From the NCBI RefSeq assembly GCF_013122565.1, contig NZ_CP053258.1: DNA of 64,000 nucleotides, one strand, 5' to 3'. Each line of letters begins with the position of its first letter. Within the stretch, counting starts at the first letter, position 1. The notes beneath the pieces were generated by a model. The model ran no database searches. It was not told the DNA's origin and saw only the letters and a program-made list of their open reading frames with translations. The DNA comes from Escherichia coli (GTDB lineage: Bacteria; Pseudomonadota; Gammaproteobacteria; Enterobacterales; Enterobacteriaceae). Below, one piece after another: positions 1 through 11,047 of this stretch. The position numbers and the translations under genes are program-made.

Positions 1-277
1 GAGGGATTTACAGACCAGCGGCATAGTGGGGTTGTCAGCCAGTAAGGTGGGATACAGGCACAGTGATCGACATGGTGAGGTCAACGACAAAAAAAATGTT
101 GCCGTTCTGCCAACAGTTCCTGCCAGCATTCGGGCAACGAAGGGTTCTACTGGTGGATACACATACCAGGGGAATAAAGTCGTTTTAGCCTCTCCTTTAG
201 TAATCACCGGGGGTAATGAAATCAGCATCTGCATCCCTCGTCATGCCAGCCATCAATTTCAGTTGCTTATGTCCTGA

Positions 278-805
278 CTAAAAATAAGATGTGATACCCA
301 GGGTGACGATGTCGCTCATACGTCTTAGTTTCAGCTTGTACATAATGTTGAATTTCTGAATCTTTAATGTTTGTTGCGAAATATTGAGCGTCGACGTGAT
401 ATTGCTTTCATTTTTATTTTTCAGAATCAGTTGCATAATTTTGAACTGATTATGTGAAAAACATAATTCTGAATTCTTATGGGGCAAGTGTTTACCATAA
501 GTAATCTCAAGAAGATTTTTGATACTTTCTTTGCGGCTGACAAAATAAATAGGCGCTTTAGCTTTTAGTTTACTGATGTGATAAGGTGCCAAAACAATAA
601 TTCTCTCGGCATCTAATTTCTCCAGAAATTTAATCGCTTCTTCATCAAGGATATGATTGTGATAGGTATCAATGATAACCTTGAAGGGTTTATTGCCTAC
701 TTTTTTGATCTCTGACAGGGAATTGATTTTTATCATTTCGTGATTATCTTTCAACTGCCAAAAGCCCTGTAAAAGAAAAGAATCTTTCGTCATGAGAAAA
801 ATCAT
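278..805 (-). CDS. gadE: LuxR-family acid-resistance transcriptional activator GadE (175 aa; ORF track extends to 883 but the conserved start is MIFLMTKDSF)
   Basis: Translation matches GadE over its full length as recalled; C-terminal LuxR-type HTH; synteny with hdeD/hdeAB. Confidence 0.9.
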   Translation of the reverse strand: MIFLMTKDSFLLQGFWQLKDNHEMIKINSLSEIKKVGNKPFKVIIDTYHNHILDEEAIKFLEKLDAERIIVLAPYHISKLKAKAPIYFVSRKESIKNLLEITYGKHLPHKNSELCFSHNQFKIMQLILKNKNESNITSTLNISQQTLKIQKFNIMYKLKLRRMSDIVTLGITSYF

Positions 806-1603
806 AACTTGCTCCTTAGCCGTTATCGTTTCGAACATGTCATCCTTTTCATTATTTACATCCTTGTCCGAATCGTTGTTCAATATAGTAAACGCCTATA
901 AGAACTTTGCCCTTCGTGAACTAATACGTCTATTAACACTAATCAATACTTCAGATTTATCCATCACGCACTCCATATATTGATCCTAAGTAAAATTCCT
1001 GGTTGTTATCAATTTGTAAACAGTGAACAAAAAGTTAACGTTTGCGGATTACTGCCCAAGAATAAGTTATCAATAACCAGTTTGTGATCTCTGAAGAATA
1101 TTACTAAAGTTAAAATGTAATCCGATTTAAATATCGAGTCTCCTTGTTTCGACTTAAGCTGGCAATTGGATTGCCAGCTTTCTTTTAACGCATTGAAATT
1201 ACCTGAGTAAATAACGCATTCATGTCTTCAGGTTTTTATATAGCGTCTGGAGACACGGATATTTATGCAATGTAATCAACGCCAGTTGCAATAAAATGAA
1301 CCCGGATTACTTATTTAACCGCCCATATCATCAACGCTTACGGAACTCTTTGTTCACTTTCCCACAGCACTTTTAAAACATTAAACCTGACTACGGAAAA
1401 TATCAGCCATGATAATGTTTGAAATGGCTAATTTGCCATGGAATGAAAAAATTTAGATTAAATTCAGTAGGTTGAAATAATCACCAGCAGGTGATTATTT
1501 CAATGATAGTGCGAAAATGATCTGCAACGCTGTGAAGCGGAGAGAGTATTAATTAGATCATAGTCACATCAAGTGACTATGATCCAGATGACAACCGGGA
1601 TAA
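806..1603. promoter_or_regulatory. Long gadE upstream control region / hdeD-gadE intergenic (~800 bp, AT-rich, no convincing ORF)
   Basis: Non-coding AT-rich stretch between divergent-convergent AFI genes; established knowledge that gadE has an unusually large multi-promoter control region (an antisense sRNA, ArrS, is reported here in K-12 but I cannot place it precisely). Confidence 0.5.
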
Positions 1604-2176
1604 TTATTGCTGCTTAACGAACAAACTGGCGAAGCTGAACAGGCTGGCGGCGCTAAATATCAGTTCAATTCCCACCAGTGTCGAAACCAGCGTTACAGAC
1701 ACCATCGGCGTTGCACCAAGGAATATCCAGGCAATGACGATATCCAGCACACCAATAACGAGCTGTAGCCAGCTGCCTTTCATTGAACGCTGACGATACC
1801 AACTCATCAGGCGAATAACCCCTGCAACACAGAACAAACCGGCAATAAATGCCGCTATGGCAAAAATGCCCAGCTCCGGTGCGCGGATGAAGAAATAGCC
1901 GATCAATAAATAGGCGACTGCGACGAGGAAACCGGATAATACCGGCCAGAAATTATGACTGCGGTTGCTGAATAATCCAACAATAAGCGCAATGCCCGAG
2001 CAGATTAATAATGCACCCACTACCGTGCTTAAAATATCGCCAGAGACGAACGGGAAACTGATACACAGCAACCCGACGATAAACAGCAGCACGGCAATAA
2101 ACTGGATTGCTCTGCGATGTTTTTTAAGCATCTCCAGATCAAACTTCAAAATTGTTGCCTTATCTATATATAACAT
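1604..2176 (-). CDS. hdeD: Acid-resistance inner membrane protein HdeD (190 aa)
   Basis: Multi-TM hydrophobic translation matching HdeD; position divergent from hdeA. Confidence 0.9.
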   Translation of the reverse strand: MLYIDKATILKFDLEMLKKHRRAIQFIAVLLFIVGLLCISFPFVSGDILSTVVGALLICSGIALIVGLFSNRSHNFWPVLSGFLVAVAYLLIGYFFIRAPELGIFAIAAFIAGLFCVAGVIRLMSWYRQRSMKGSWLQLVIGVLDIVIAWIFLGATPMVSVTLVSTLVGIELIFSAASLFSFASLFVKQQ

Positions 2177-2430
2177 AGAACCACCCTATAAAATTAAGAA
2201 GAAAATCCCCTGCTATCAATCTATGCCAAAAACGCGTCTAAGAATGCAGTCGATTTAATAAAAATTTCCTAATTACAGTATCTGATGCATCTGTAACTCA
2301 TTGTATTGAAATAAAAATATCTGATTTTGATATTTTCTATCAACATGACATATACAGAAAACCAGGTTATAACCTCAGTGTCGAAATTGATTCGTGACGG
2401 CTCTTTCACTTTATAGTTGAGGATATTACG

Positions 2431-2763
2431 ATGAAAAAAGTATTAGGCGTTATTCTTGGTGGTCTGCTTCTTCTGCCAGTTGTGAGCAATGCAGCGGATG
2501 CGCAAAAAGCAGCTGATAACAAAAAACCGGTCAACTCCTGGACCTGTGAAGATTTCCTGGCTGTGGATGAATCCTTCCAGCCAACTGCAGTTGGTTTTGC
2601 TGAAGCGCTGAACAACAAAGATAAACCAGAAGATGCGGTTTTAGATGTTCAGGGTATTGCAACCGTAACCCCAGCTATCGTTCAGGCTTGTACTCAGGAT
2701 AAACAAGCCAACTTTAAAGATAAAGTTAAAGGCGAGTGGGACAAAATTAAGAAAGATATGTAA
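2431..2763 (+). CDS. hdeA: Periplasmic acid-stress chaperone HdeA (110 aa, signal peptide)
   Basis: Translation MKKVLGVILGGLLLLPVVSNA... matches HdeA; followed by hdeB. Confidence 0.95.
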   Translation: MKKVLGVILGGLLLLPVVSNAADAQKAADNKKPVNSWTCEDFLAVDESFQPTAVGFAEALNNKDKPEDAVLDVQGIATVTPAIVQACTQDKQANFKDKVKGEWDKIKKDM

Positions 2764-2878
2764 TTCCGGGAATGCGTTACATCGTACTTCCTTGCATATT
2801 GAACAGGCCGGAATATCTTCTTAAAAAGCAGCTATTCCTCCTGTTCATATATAATCTCTATATTGAATGGGTTACAAA

Positions 2879-3205
2879 ATGAATATTTCATCTCTCCGTA
2901 AAGCGTTTATTTTTATGGGCGCTGTAGCGGCTTTGTCACTGGTAAACGCACAATCTGCGCTGGCAGCCAATGAATCCGCTAAAGATATGACTTGCCAGGA
3001 ATTTATTGATCTGAATCCAAAAGCAATGACACCGGTTGCATGGTGGATGCTGCATGAAGAAACAGTATATAAAGGTGGCGATACTGTTACTTTAAATGAA
3101 ACCGATCTCACTCAAATTCCTAAAGTGATCGAATACTGCAAGAAAAACCCGCAGAAAAATTTGTATACCTTCAAAAATCAAGCATCTAATGACTTGCCGA
3201 ATTAA
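2879..3205 (+). CDS. hdeB: Periplasmic acid-stress chaperone HdeB (108 aa from MNISSLRK)
   Basis: Translation matches HdeB; signal peptide; ORF-track start at 2867 is probably 12 nt too long. Confidence 0.9.
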   Translation: MNISSLRKAFIFMGAVAALSLVNAQSALAANESAKDMTCQEFIDLNPKAMTPVAWWMLHEETVYKGGDTVTLNETDLTQIPKVIEYCKKNPQKNLYTFKNQASNDLPN

Positions 3206-3268
3206 TGAGGTACAAGTAAAAAGGAGTAGCAAGTTGAGCCATCTTGCTGCTCCTTTTTGCATTTTTAT

Positions 3269-3916
3269 ATGACAGCAGAATTTATTATACGTCTTATACT
3301 CGCGGCAATTGCCTGTGGCGCTATTGGCATGGAAAGGCAAATGCGCGGCAAAGGAGCAGGGTTACGCACACATGTATTAATTGGCATGGGAAGCGCCCTG
3401 TTTATGATTGTTTCGAAATATGGTTTTGCTGACGTGCTGTCTTTAGATCACGTCGGACTGGACCCCAGCCGTATTGCTGCTCAGGTGGTGACGGGCGTCG
3501 GGTTTATCGGTGCAGGTAACATTCTCGTTCGTAACCAAAATATTGTAGGTCTCACGACGGCAGCGGATATCTGGGTGACCGCCGCCATTGGTATGGTTAT
3601 TGGCAGCGGTATGTACGAACTGGGTATTTATGGTTCAGTGATGACCTTGCTGGTGCTGGAAGTCTTCCATCAATTAACCTTCCGCCTGATGAACAAAAAT
3701 TACCATTTACAGCTGACATTAGTGAACGGTAATACGGTATCAATGCTCGACTGGTTTAAGCAGCAAAAAATAAAAACGGATTTAGTTTCGTTGCAGGAAA
3801 ATGAAGATCATGAAGTGGTCGCCATTGATATCCAGCTTCATGCCACAACGTCGATAGAAGATCTGTTGCGATTATTAAAAGGTATGGCAGGGGTGAAAGG
3901 CGTTTCAATTAGCTAA
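3269..3916 (+). CDS. yhiD: MgtC-family inner membrane protein YhiD (215 aa)
   Basis: Translation from MTAEFIIRL... matches YhiD; hydrophobic N-terminal MgtC-like domain. Confidence 0.85.
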   Translation: MTAEFIIRLILAAIACGAIGMERQMRGKGAGLRTHVLIGMGSALFMIVSKYGFADVLSLDHVGLDPSRIAAQVVTGVGFIGAGNILVRNQNIVGLTTAADIWVTAAIGMVIGSGMYELGIYGSVMTLLVLEVFHQLTFRLMNKNYHLQLTLVNGNTVSMLDWFKQQKIKTDLVSLQENEDHEVVAIDIQLHATTSIEDLLRLLKGMAGVKGVSIS

Positions 3917-3957
3917 TCTGTGTGGCAGCGTAGTCAGACTCACCGTAAGCCTGAAAT

Positions 3958-4488
3958 TCACACCAGATAATCAATATGCTGATGGCGTACCAGCTCATTG
4001 ATCCGCTTAAGATTGAGGATCATCATGATATTGTGTTTATGGCAGTAGAACGTTTTTAGCGATATTTTCAGTTTCTCCAGAATATCTTCCGTTGTCATTT
4101 GATTCGCAATGCAGCTCAGAACCTGATGTTGCTTACGCGAAAGTGACACAGCCGCTTCAGGCACAGAGCAGTAACTGCCATTGATGAGTGCGACAAAATC
4201 AATGATAGTGATAGTCCGCGGAACAAAGGTCACCGGTACTTTCCCCAGACAGCGTTTAATATTAAAGGGGGAGAAAATAATTACATGGACAGGTTTTAAT
4301 CGTTCAATTTGAGTGAGAAAATTAGAATGAAATACATTATTCATTAATGTATCAATAATGACGAAGGCATTCTGATGCAACATTACGTCGATCTCTTCTT
4401 CGTTCTGTATATGAACGACATTACCTTTACTCAGAATGTTTTTCATCGCGGTGAAGAACATCGTATCCCTGGTAATTATAAGAAACAT
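3958..4488 (-). CDS. dctR: LuxR-family regulator DctR/YhiF (176 aa)
   Basis: 176-aa ORF with C-terminal LuxR HTH (…LSRKQHQVLSCIANQMTTEDILEKLKISLKTFYCHKHNIMMILNLKR); synteny between yhiD and slp. Confidence 0.85.
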   Translation of the reverse strand: MFLIITRDTMFFTAMKNILSKGNVVHIQNEEEIDVMLHQNAFVIIDTLMNNVFHSNFLTQIERLKPVHVIIFSPFNIKRCLGKVPVTFVPRTITIIDFVALINGSYCSVPEAAVSLSRKQHQVLSCIANQMTTEDILEKLKISLKTFYCHKHNIMMILNLKRINELVRHQHIDYLV

Positions 4489-4643
4489 AACCGACTCCTG
4501 GTGCAGACATTAACTTTATAATCAGTTTGCCAAAGGTAATTAACAGGACAGGGCTTATAATAATATCAGTTAGCTTACTGTGTATTAATTGGATGTAATG
4601 CATGATGCAGATACTGGGAAAGCACCTGCATCTTTCGGTGGTG

Positions 4644-5210
4644 TTATTTGACCAGCTCAGGTGTTACCTGACTCACTGCATTGGTGTAGTAAGGCACGCC
4701 CCAGCCCGGTTCCGGCCAGAATGCACCATAGCCGTAATCCCACAGGTTATAGGTGGTATTAACCACTTCTCTCAAATGCCACACCTGGATGCCCTGCATA
4801 TTCACTTCCAGGAAGTTATACGGGACTTTATTGATAAAGCCAGGTTGTTCACCCTGAATGGTGCCGAGGATGGTAACAAAGTGATTACGATAGTTCACTG
4901 GATCAAGGAAGCCGCTTTGTCTGGCGAGCAGTCGGCCCTGATAGTTGGCTTCAATATCAGGCTTCGCATAGCTATCCAACGGTAATACAGCGATTTCTAA
5001 CAACGTATCCGTTTTGCCATTGATAACGTTGATAACCTTCCCACCAAAGCGCGCTTGTTGACCAACATATAACCCCGGCTGGTTATGAACAGCAACAAAA
5101 CTTTTTTGAATATCAGGTTGGTTATTGCCTTTGATATTTTGCGGAATTGAACTACATGCGGCAAGCAAAAATGAAAGGCTGAGGATGAGTGCACCTTTTG
5201 TCATGTTCAT
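4644..5210 (-). CDS. slp: Starvation-inducible outer membrane lipoprotein Slp (188 aa from MNMTKGALILSLSFLLAAC)
   Basis: Lipoprotein signal with lipobox LLAAC; matches Slp. Confidence 0.85.
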   Translation of the reverse strand: MNMTKGALILSLSFLLAACSSIPQNIKGNNQPDIQKSFVAVHNQPGLYVGQQARFGGKVINVINGKTDTLLEIAVLPLDSYAKPDIEANYQGRLLARQSGFLDPVNYRNHFVTILGTIQGEQPGFINKVPYNFLEVNMQGIQVWHLREVVNTTYNLWDYGYGAFWPEPGWGVPYYTNAVSQVTPELVK

Positions 5211-5457
5211 GTTACTATCCTTATCAACAAATATTAAAACCATAATAGATATTTCTTTATAGTTTTCATCTGATTCTGAGGCGATATGCCTGATAGTAAC
5301 GTAAACCTGTCTGATGTTTATATCCTTTCTATTTAGGTGAACTCAGTTAATTTTGGGGCATGACATGAGTATCCATCGCCCCATAATATAGCGCTTTGTT
5401 TTAAAAATACATAAAATCTATTTTTATTCAATGATCATAAAGTACTAATGTTAAACA

Positions 5458-6681
5458 TTATGGTATTATATTCTGATAATGATTTGATAAGCGAATTCTT
5501 TTGCCTGTTGGTATTTCTATTTCCACCCCATAATTTATATCTTTTTCATTAGGGAGTGGCCTCTTTAAATATGGAGTGTGTGACATTTTTTTTGGGTTAA
5601 GCGTCTCGTATTGAAATACTTCGAATTGATATTCAGACATTTCTGCCCATGTTTGAATTTTATTGTATCGAGAAAGTGTCGTAAAGGCTTTAACTTGCTT
5701 ATAACATTCTTTTTTGAATTCTTGCTGATATTTTAATATGTTGTTGTATGAAAGATTGGTTATCCTGGCCTCTAAAAATTTAATTATTGTCGAAGCAATT
5801 TCCGCTTTTGCTCGTAAAAAGTTGTCATTAATGGTTAATAATGTTGAAAATAAACCTTCGATTTGTTTGTCAATATATTGTTCATCTTTATGTGATTTGG
5901 GGGTAGGGTGTTCCTTATGTGAAAAAATAGTGTCACATAAATTTGCGTCAGTGAAATTAATATTAAGTAGATCTTCGAAATAAAACCTTGACAAGGTCAG
6001 AACGAACCCGGACAGGTTCTGTCCTGTCATATTGAAATCAATAAAGTTGGTTCCGGCAAAGACTTTCATCCTGTTTTTATTTTCACTGTGCTCAAGATAT
6101 AACTTCGTCATTTTTTGATACAGACTTTGAATATCTTTTATATTAGTTGGTAAGTCAGCTCGTTGTTCAGCAATAAAATTAGTATCTGAAAACATGGTTT
6201 GGACACAGAATGTTATGGGTATTCCCTCTTCTACGCTAATTTTAGTTATGATTGCCTTGTCGGGTTTAGGATTAGCGACAACAATGATTCGACATTCAGC
6301 ACTTTTGTTCTTTTCGTATCTAATGTTACTAATTTGATTAAGTATTTCCTGTGCCTGCCGCGTAGGTGGTGTCGAACTTATCGATTCAATGTTAGTAATA
6401 AGACTTACAAGTTGAGCCACAACTTTGGAGTAGTCTGCATTTGTATATTTGGTGTTCGTGCGGCACGCATAAATTTGTGGGAGGTGTTGCCGCGCTAAAT
6501 CATATTGTTTAGGGTTGTATCCTTCTCCAGAGAATGTGGAATTAATGGGTTGTTGTTCTTCCCGATTATCACAAGGCCACATCGGTGTGTCTGGTGTTTT
6601 AACATTGTCGGTATCTGTTGTGCGGTTATAAATATCGCCGTGATATGTATTTATCATACCTGGGGTAAAGTCAATTGACAT
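5458..6681 (-). CDS. yhiS: Uncharacterized protein YhiS, intact 407-aa form
   Basis: Position between slp and arsC, where K-12 carries yhiS interrupted by IS5; long uninterrupted AT-rich ORF; no IS5 sequence here. Confidence 0.6.
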   Translation of the reverse strand: MSIDFTPGMINTYHGDIYNRTTDTDNVKTPDTPMWPCDNREEQQPINSTFSGEGYNPKQYDLARQHLPQIYACRTNTKYTNADYSKVVAQLVSLITNIESISSTPPTRQAQEILNQISNIRYEKNKSAECRIIVVANPKPDKAIITKISVEEGIPITFCVQTMFSDTNFIAEQRADLPTNIKDIQSLYQKMTKLYLEHSENKNRMKVFAGTNFIDFNMTGQNLSGFVLTLSRFYFEDLLNINFTDANLCDTIFSHKEHPTPKSHKDEQYIDKQIEGLFSTLLTINDNFLRAKAEIASTIIKFLEARITNLSYNNILKYQQEFKKECYKQVKAFTTLSRYNKIQTWAEMSEYQFEVFQYETLNPKKMSHTPYLKRPLPNEKDINYGVEIEIPTGKRIRLSNHYQNIIP

Positions 6682-7139
6682 AACATTCCTTATTTGTGAT
6701 CTATTTCGCTAAATTTTTGTAAATAGGAGAATTAGAGCAGGAATGTATTTTCTTCTACGCAGAAATAAACATAATGCGTCATATCTTCCTGATATAATTA
6801 CCTTTGACTTCCCTTTTATCTCCACCCGGTAATATTTGTGTATAAAAAAGGGTATTGATAGTATCGTAAAGGAAAACGTTAACAACTATCAAAAAGCGCT
6901 CATTTTAAAAAGTTATGATGTTCTCCGATAGTGTGTGAAGTGATATTTTTGTGATGTTTTAGATGTGTAATAATAAAATGGGTTAAGGTATCTTATAATT
7001 ATTGAATAATTTGTTGTGTAAAGCACTGATAAATCATAATCCAGTACGTCTTTAAACTGCTGCACTGTATCGCTGATAACTAAGCAGCTCATTGATACAC
7101 CATGCTGGACGCGATAATTGGAATCTCACGCAGGGAGTA

Positions 7140-7265
7140 ATGTGTAAATAGCAAAATCGCCTGATGCGCTACGCCTGTCAGGCCTACAAATAACATACAA
7201 TTAATTGAATTTTCATCACTTTGTAGGTCGGATAAGACGCGCCAGCGTCGCATCCGACATAAATA
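7140..7265. repeat. REP/BIME-type palindromic units in the yhiS-arsC intergenic
   Basis: gcctgatgcgctacgcctgtcaggcctaca and gtaggtcggataagacgcgccagcgtcgcatccgaca are typical enterobacterial REP sequences. Confidence 0.75.
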
Positions 7266-7306
7266 AAGCGCACTTTTCTAACAACCTGTGGGGGGATATA
7301 GCCGCT

Positions 7307-7732
7307 TTATTTCAGGCGATTACCCGCTTCATCAACCACTTTCTCGCCGTCTTCCTTGGTGAACGCGCCTTGTTGCGCATCTGGCAGAATTTCCAGCACC
7401 ACTTCTGAAGGGCGGCACAGGCGAGTTCCCAGCGGCGTCACCACAATCGGGCGATTAATCAGAATCGGGTGCTGAAGCATAAAGTCGATTAACCGATCGT
7501 CAGTAAATTTATCTTCTGCAAGGCCCAGTTCCTCATACGGCTCGACGTTTTTACGCAGCAGCGCGCGTACGGTAATCCCCATATCGGCAATCAGTTTGAC
7601 CAGTTCATCACGCGTCGGTGGGGTTTCCAGATAATAGACAATGGTCGGTTCTGTGCCGCTGTTGCGGATCATCTCCAGCGTATTTCGCGATGTGCCGCAG
7701 GCCGGGTTGTGATAAATGGTAATGTTGCTCAT
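7307..7732 (-). CDS. arsC: Arsenate reductase ArsC (141 aa)
   Basis: Translation MSNITIYHNPACGTSRNTLEMIRN... with catalytic Cys in the CGTSR motif. Confidence 0.9.
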   Translation of the reverse strand: MSNITIYHNPACGTSRNTLEMIRNSGTEPTIVYYLETPPTRDELVKLIADMGITVRALLRKNVEPYEELGLAEDKFTDDRLIDFMLQHPILINRPIVVTPLGTRLCRPSEVVLEILPDAQQGAFTKEDGEKVVDEAGNRLK

Positions 7733-7744
7733 ATCAATATCTCA

Positions 7745-9034
7745 TTACAAAGTGAAAGAGAGACGTAGCGCCAGCGCAGCCAGCGTCACAAACAGCACAG
7801 GCAGGGTCATGATAATCCCTGTACGGAAGTAATATCCCCAGCTGATAGTCATATTCTTCTGCGAAAGTACGTGCAGCCAGAGTAGCGTTGCCATGCTACC
7901 AATTGGGGTAATTTTCGGTCCCAAATCGCAGCCAATCACGTTGGCATAAACCATCGCTTCTTTGATAACGCCAGATGCCGTGCTGCCATCAATGGACAAT
8001 GCGCCAACCAGTACCGTCGGCATATTGTTCATAATAGAAGAGAGGAAGGCGGTAAGGAATCCGGTGCCGAGCGTCGCGGCCCACAGGCCGTTATCCGCCA
8101 GCACGTTGAGTACGCCAGAAAGATATTCCGTTAACCCGGCATTGCGCAGGCCATAAACCACCAGATACATGCCGAGCGAGAAGATGACAATCTGCCAGGG
8201 CGCACCGCGCAGCACTTTACCCGTATTAATCGCATGACCGCGTTTAGCGACGACAAATAATATCAGCGCACCCACTGCCGCAATGGCGCTGACCGGAATG
8301 CCGAGCGGTTCCAGGACGAAAAATCCCACCAGCAGAAGCAGTAAAACAACCCAGCCAGTTTTGAACGTAGCAGGATCTTTAATCGCTTCTGCGGGAGATT
8401 TCAGCAGCGCCATGTCGTAGTTCTGCGGAATATCTTTGCGGAAATAGAGATGCAGCATCATCAGCGTGGCAACAATTGCGGCGATATCCACCGGCACCAT
8501 CACCGAGGCATATTCGCGAAAGCCGAGGCCAAAGAAATCTGCGGAAACGATATTCACCAGGTTGGAGACAATAAGTGGCAGGCTGGCGGTATCGGCAATG
8601 AATCCGGCCGCCATCACGAACGCCAGCGTCGTGCCTTTACTGAACCCTAAAGCCAGCAGCATAGCGATGACAATCGGTGTCAAAATAAGCGCCGCGCCAT
8701 CATTGGCAAACAGGGCGGCAACGGCGGCACCGAGCAGGACAATCCAGGTAAACAGCAAGCGACCACGACCATTACCCCAGCGTGAGACGTGCAGCGCCGC
8801 CCATTCAAAAAAGCCGGACTCATCCAGCAGCAGGCTGATGATAATGACGGCAATAAACGCAGCCGTCGCGTTCCAGACGATATTCCACACCACCGGAATA
8901 TCACCCGGATGAACCATGCCCGTAATTAACGCCAGAACTGCGCCGAGCGTTGCACTCCAGCCGATGCCTAAACCTTTCGGCTGCCAGATAACCAATACGA
9001 TGGTCAGGACAAAGATAGCGCCTGCCAGTAACAT
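7745..9034 (-). CDS. arsB: Arsenite efflux pump ArsB (429 aa from [13 protein letters not shown] track extends 7 codons further upstream)
   Basis: Polytopic membrane protein matching ArsB; operon arsRBC. Confidence 0.9.
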   Translation of the reverse strand: MLLAGAIFVLTIVLVIWQPKGLGIGWSATLGAVLALITGMVHPGDIPVVWNIVWNATAAFIAVIIISLLLDESGFFEWAALHVSRWGNGRGRLLFTWIVLLGAAVAALFANDGAALILTPIVIAMLLALGFSKGTTLAFVMAAGFIADTASLPLIVSNLVNIVSADFFGLGFREYASVMVPVDIAAIVATLMMLHLYFRKDIPQNYDMALLKSPAEAIKDPATFKTGWVVLLLLLVGFFVLEPLGIPVSAIAAVGALILFVVAKRGHAINTGKVLRGAPWQIVIFSLGMYLVVYGLRNAGLTEYLSGVLNVLADNGLWAATLGTGFLTAFLSSIMNNMPTVLVGALSIDGSTASGVIKEAMVYANVIGCDLGPKITPIGSMATLLWLHVLSQKNMTISWGYYFRTGIIMTLPVLFVTLAALALRLSFTL

Positions 9035-9087
9035 AATGCCTCCCGGATAAAACACATGTGCAAATCCATATGTGTTTAGCTAAATTT

Positions 9088-9441
9088 TTAACTGCAAATG
9101 TTCTTACTGTCTGCGGAACAGTTTTGTCGAGCCAGGTTGCGGACAATTGCCTGAATCTTTTCCTGTTCACATCGCCAGGCCTCATCAATAATTTTCGCCG
9201 CCCATGCTGGAATATGCGGCGATAAGCGGTAATGAACCCACTTACCTTGCTTGCGGTCCAGCAATAGCCCACTTTCACGCAGTAATGCCAGATGGCGGGA
9301 TATCTTGGGCTGCGACTGATCGAGGGCAGTGCAGAGATCGCAGACGCATAACTCTCCCAGCTCGCTGAGCAGTAAAACGATGCCCAGACGGGTTTCATCG
9401 GCAAGAATTTTGAACAGTTGGATGGGTAACAGAAATGACAT
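9088..9441 (-). CDS. arsR: ArsR/SmtB-family arsenic-responsive repressor ArsR (117 aa)
   Basis: Translation contains the ELCVCDLC metalloid-binding motif and a winged HTH. Confidence 0.9.
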   Translation of the reverse strand: MSFLLPIQLFKILADETRLGIVLLLSELGELCVCDLCTALDQSQPKISRHLALLRESGLLLDRKQGKWVHYRLSPHIPAWAAKIIDEAWRCEQEKIQAIVRNLARQNCSADSKNICS

Positions 9442-9591
9442 ATTGCGCTCCTGATTGTTGCAGGTAGTGTCTCTCTTCGAAGCGGATAAGTCAAAAACAT
9501 ATATGTTTTAACGAATGCGTATGTGCAGAGAAAGGTAATAGATGTGAGTTAAGAGTTGGGTATTTATTGGAAAAGACCTGAATCAGGACGT

Positions 9592-9620
9592 AAAAAAACC
9601 GACTTTGCGTCGGTTTTTTA
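9592..9620. terminator. Bidirectional rho-independent terminator-like hairpin (A-run, ccgac-ttt-gcg-tcgg stem, T-run)
   Basis: aaaaaaaccgactttgcgtcggtttttta: GC stem flanked by A7 and T6, so it can terminate on either strand. Confidence 0.6.
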
Positions 9621-9736
9621 CTTTCCAGCCCTGAGTTGGTGGCTCTGGCTGGAGTGAGATAGTCATCATCTAACGCATCAATGCTAATACCATACTGAAA
9701 CTATTGCAAGGACGTGCTGGTTTTATAACCCGCAAG

Positions 9737-9756
9737 TACTGTATGATTATCCAGTT
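9737..9756. promoter_or_regulatory. LexA (SOS) box, probably the dinQ promoter operator
   Basis: TACTGTATGATTATCCAGTT fits CTG-N10-CAG with an AT-rich core; lies in the arsR-gor intergenic where K-12 has the LexA-regulated dinQ/agrAB locus. Confidence 0.6.
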
Positions 9757-9831
9757 AGCTCTGAGACATTTTCACTCTGGCAATGCGCTTGACATCCTCC
9801 ACGCCCTGAATGACGAGGATCCCTGCTACGT

Positions 9832-11040
9832 TCAGGCTGTCGCCTGAATCATTTCGGTGGGTTCCTGCTTCAACGAGCGGCCTGACTGCACCCTCTCTCC
9901 ACAGGCAAGAACGGCGTGCCCCGCCGCTAAAATGTTACGAGCGCCGTTTACATCGGCGTTCGCTGTATATCCACATACCTGGCATCTGAATTTACTTTGT
10001 GACAGGCGGTTCTCTTTCGCTGTATGACCACAGTACGCGCAACGCTGGCTTGTATACGCTGGCGGAACAGCAAGCACCTGACCGCCACGCCAGAGCTGCT
10101 TGTACTCAAGCTGGCGGCGCATTTCATACCAGCCCTGATCCAGTATCGAACGGTTTAAACCTGATTTTGCCCGGACATTGCGCCCCGGCTGGCTGACCGT
10201 ACCCGCTGCTGACTTTGACATGTTGCTGACCTTCAAATCCTCAATGACTATCATTGCGTGGTTTTTGCTGACGGTCGTTGTGACTTTGTGAAGGTAGTCC
10301 CTGCGGATATTTGCGATACAGGAATGCAGTCGCTGTATTTTGCGTTTCTGCTTCTGCCAGTTGTTGCTGAATTTGACCCTGCGGCTTAACTGTCGCTGAA
10401 GTCTCGCCAGCGTCTTCTGGTTTTTCTGAAAACTGTTTACAGGCTCAAAGACTGTGCCATCTGACAGCGTGGCGAGTTTAGCCACGCCAGCATCCAGCCC
10501 GACCATTGATGCTGAAGGGTGAACCGGAGTGGATACTTCACTTTCTGTCTGAATACTGATGTACCACTTACCGCAGGACTGGCTGACAGTGACATTTTTC
10601 ACAACTCCCGTGACCTGACGGCTATTCCGGTAGCGCATCCAGCCCAGTTTCGGCAGAAAAATACGGCTGTTTTCCTGATCGAGCTTAACGCCCTGCGGGT
10701 AGCGGAATGCATCATCCTGTCCCCGCTTTTTGAATCGGGGAAAAGCAGCCCGCTTCCGGAAGAAGTTTTTGTAAGCCCGCTCAAGGTCTTTCAGTGACTG
10801 TTGCAATGGCTGTGAGGGCGAATCTTTAAGCCATTGCGTTTCAGTGGCGTTTTTCCACTCAACCAACCAGGAAGCCATTTTCCCGTAAGGGATGTATTTA
10901 TTACCGGCCTCATGATTCTCATTCTGACGTGCCAGAGCACGATTGAAAACGAAACGACATGCGCCTGCGAAGCGCCTAATTTCACGCTCCTGTTGACCAC
11001 CGGGCCTTAACTGGAATTTAAATGCCTGTAGTCGTTTCAC
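9832..11040 (-). CDS. tnpB: IS605-family TnpB/OrfB (RuvC-like nuclease with C-terminal zinc finger, 402 aa)
   Basis: Translation has the OrfB_IS605 layout, including the C-terminal CxxC...CxxC zinc ribbon (CAYCGH...CQVCGY) followed by [10 protein letters not shown]. Confidence 0.8.
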   Translation of the reverse strand: MKRLQAFKFQLRPGGQQEREIRRFAGACRFVFNRALARQNENHEAGNKYIPYGKMASWLVEWKNATETQWLKDSPSQPLQQSLKDLERAYKNFFRKRAAFPRFKKRGQDDAFRYPQGVKLDQENSRIFLPKLGWMRYRNSRQVTGVVKNVTVSQSCGKWYISIQTESEVSTPVHPSASMVGLDAGVAKLATLSDGTVFEPVNSFQKNQKTLARLQRQLSRRVKFSNNWQKQKRKIQRLHSCIANIRRDYLHKVTTTVSKNHAMIVIEDLKVSNMSKSAAGTVSQPGRNVRAKSGLNRSILDQGWYEMRRQLEYKQLWRGGQVLAVPPAYTSQRCAYCGHTAKENRLSQSKFRCQVCGYTANADVNGARNILAAGHAVLACGERVQSGRSLKQEPTEMIQATA

Positions 11041-11047
11041 AGGTCAA

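Noticed and set aside
26-277. 83-aa plus-strand ORF at the window start
   Set aside because: Lies in the gadE-downstream intergenic region with no RBS or conservation signal; mdtE (expected downstream of gadE) does not start within the window. Probably non-coding.
792-983. 63-aa plus-strand ORF overlapping the gadE 5' end
   Set aside because: Overlaps the gadE start antisense; low-complexity AT-rich translation; more likely part of the gadE leader/antisense regulatory region than a protein gene.
5243-5458. Possible IS5 remnant between slp and yhiS
   Set aside because: No transposase-like reading frame or terminal inverted repeats are detectable; it is a short AT-rich intergenic region.
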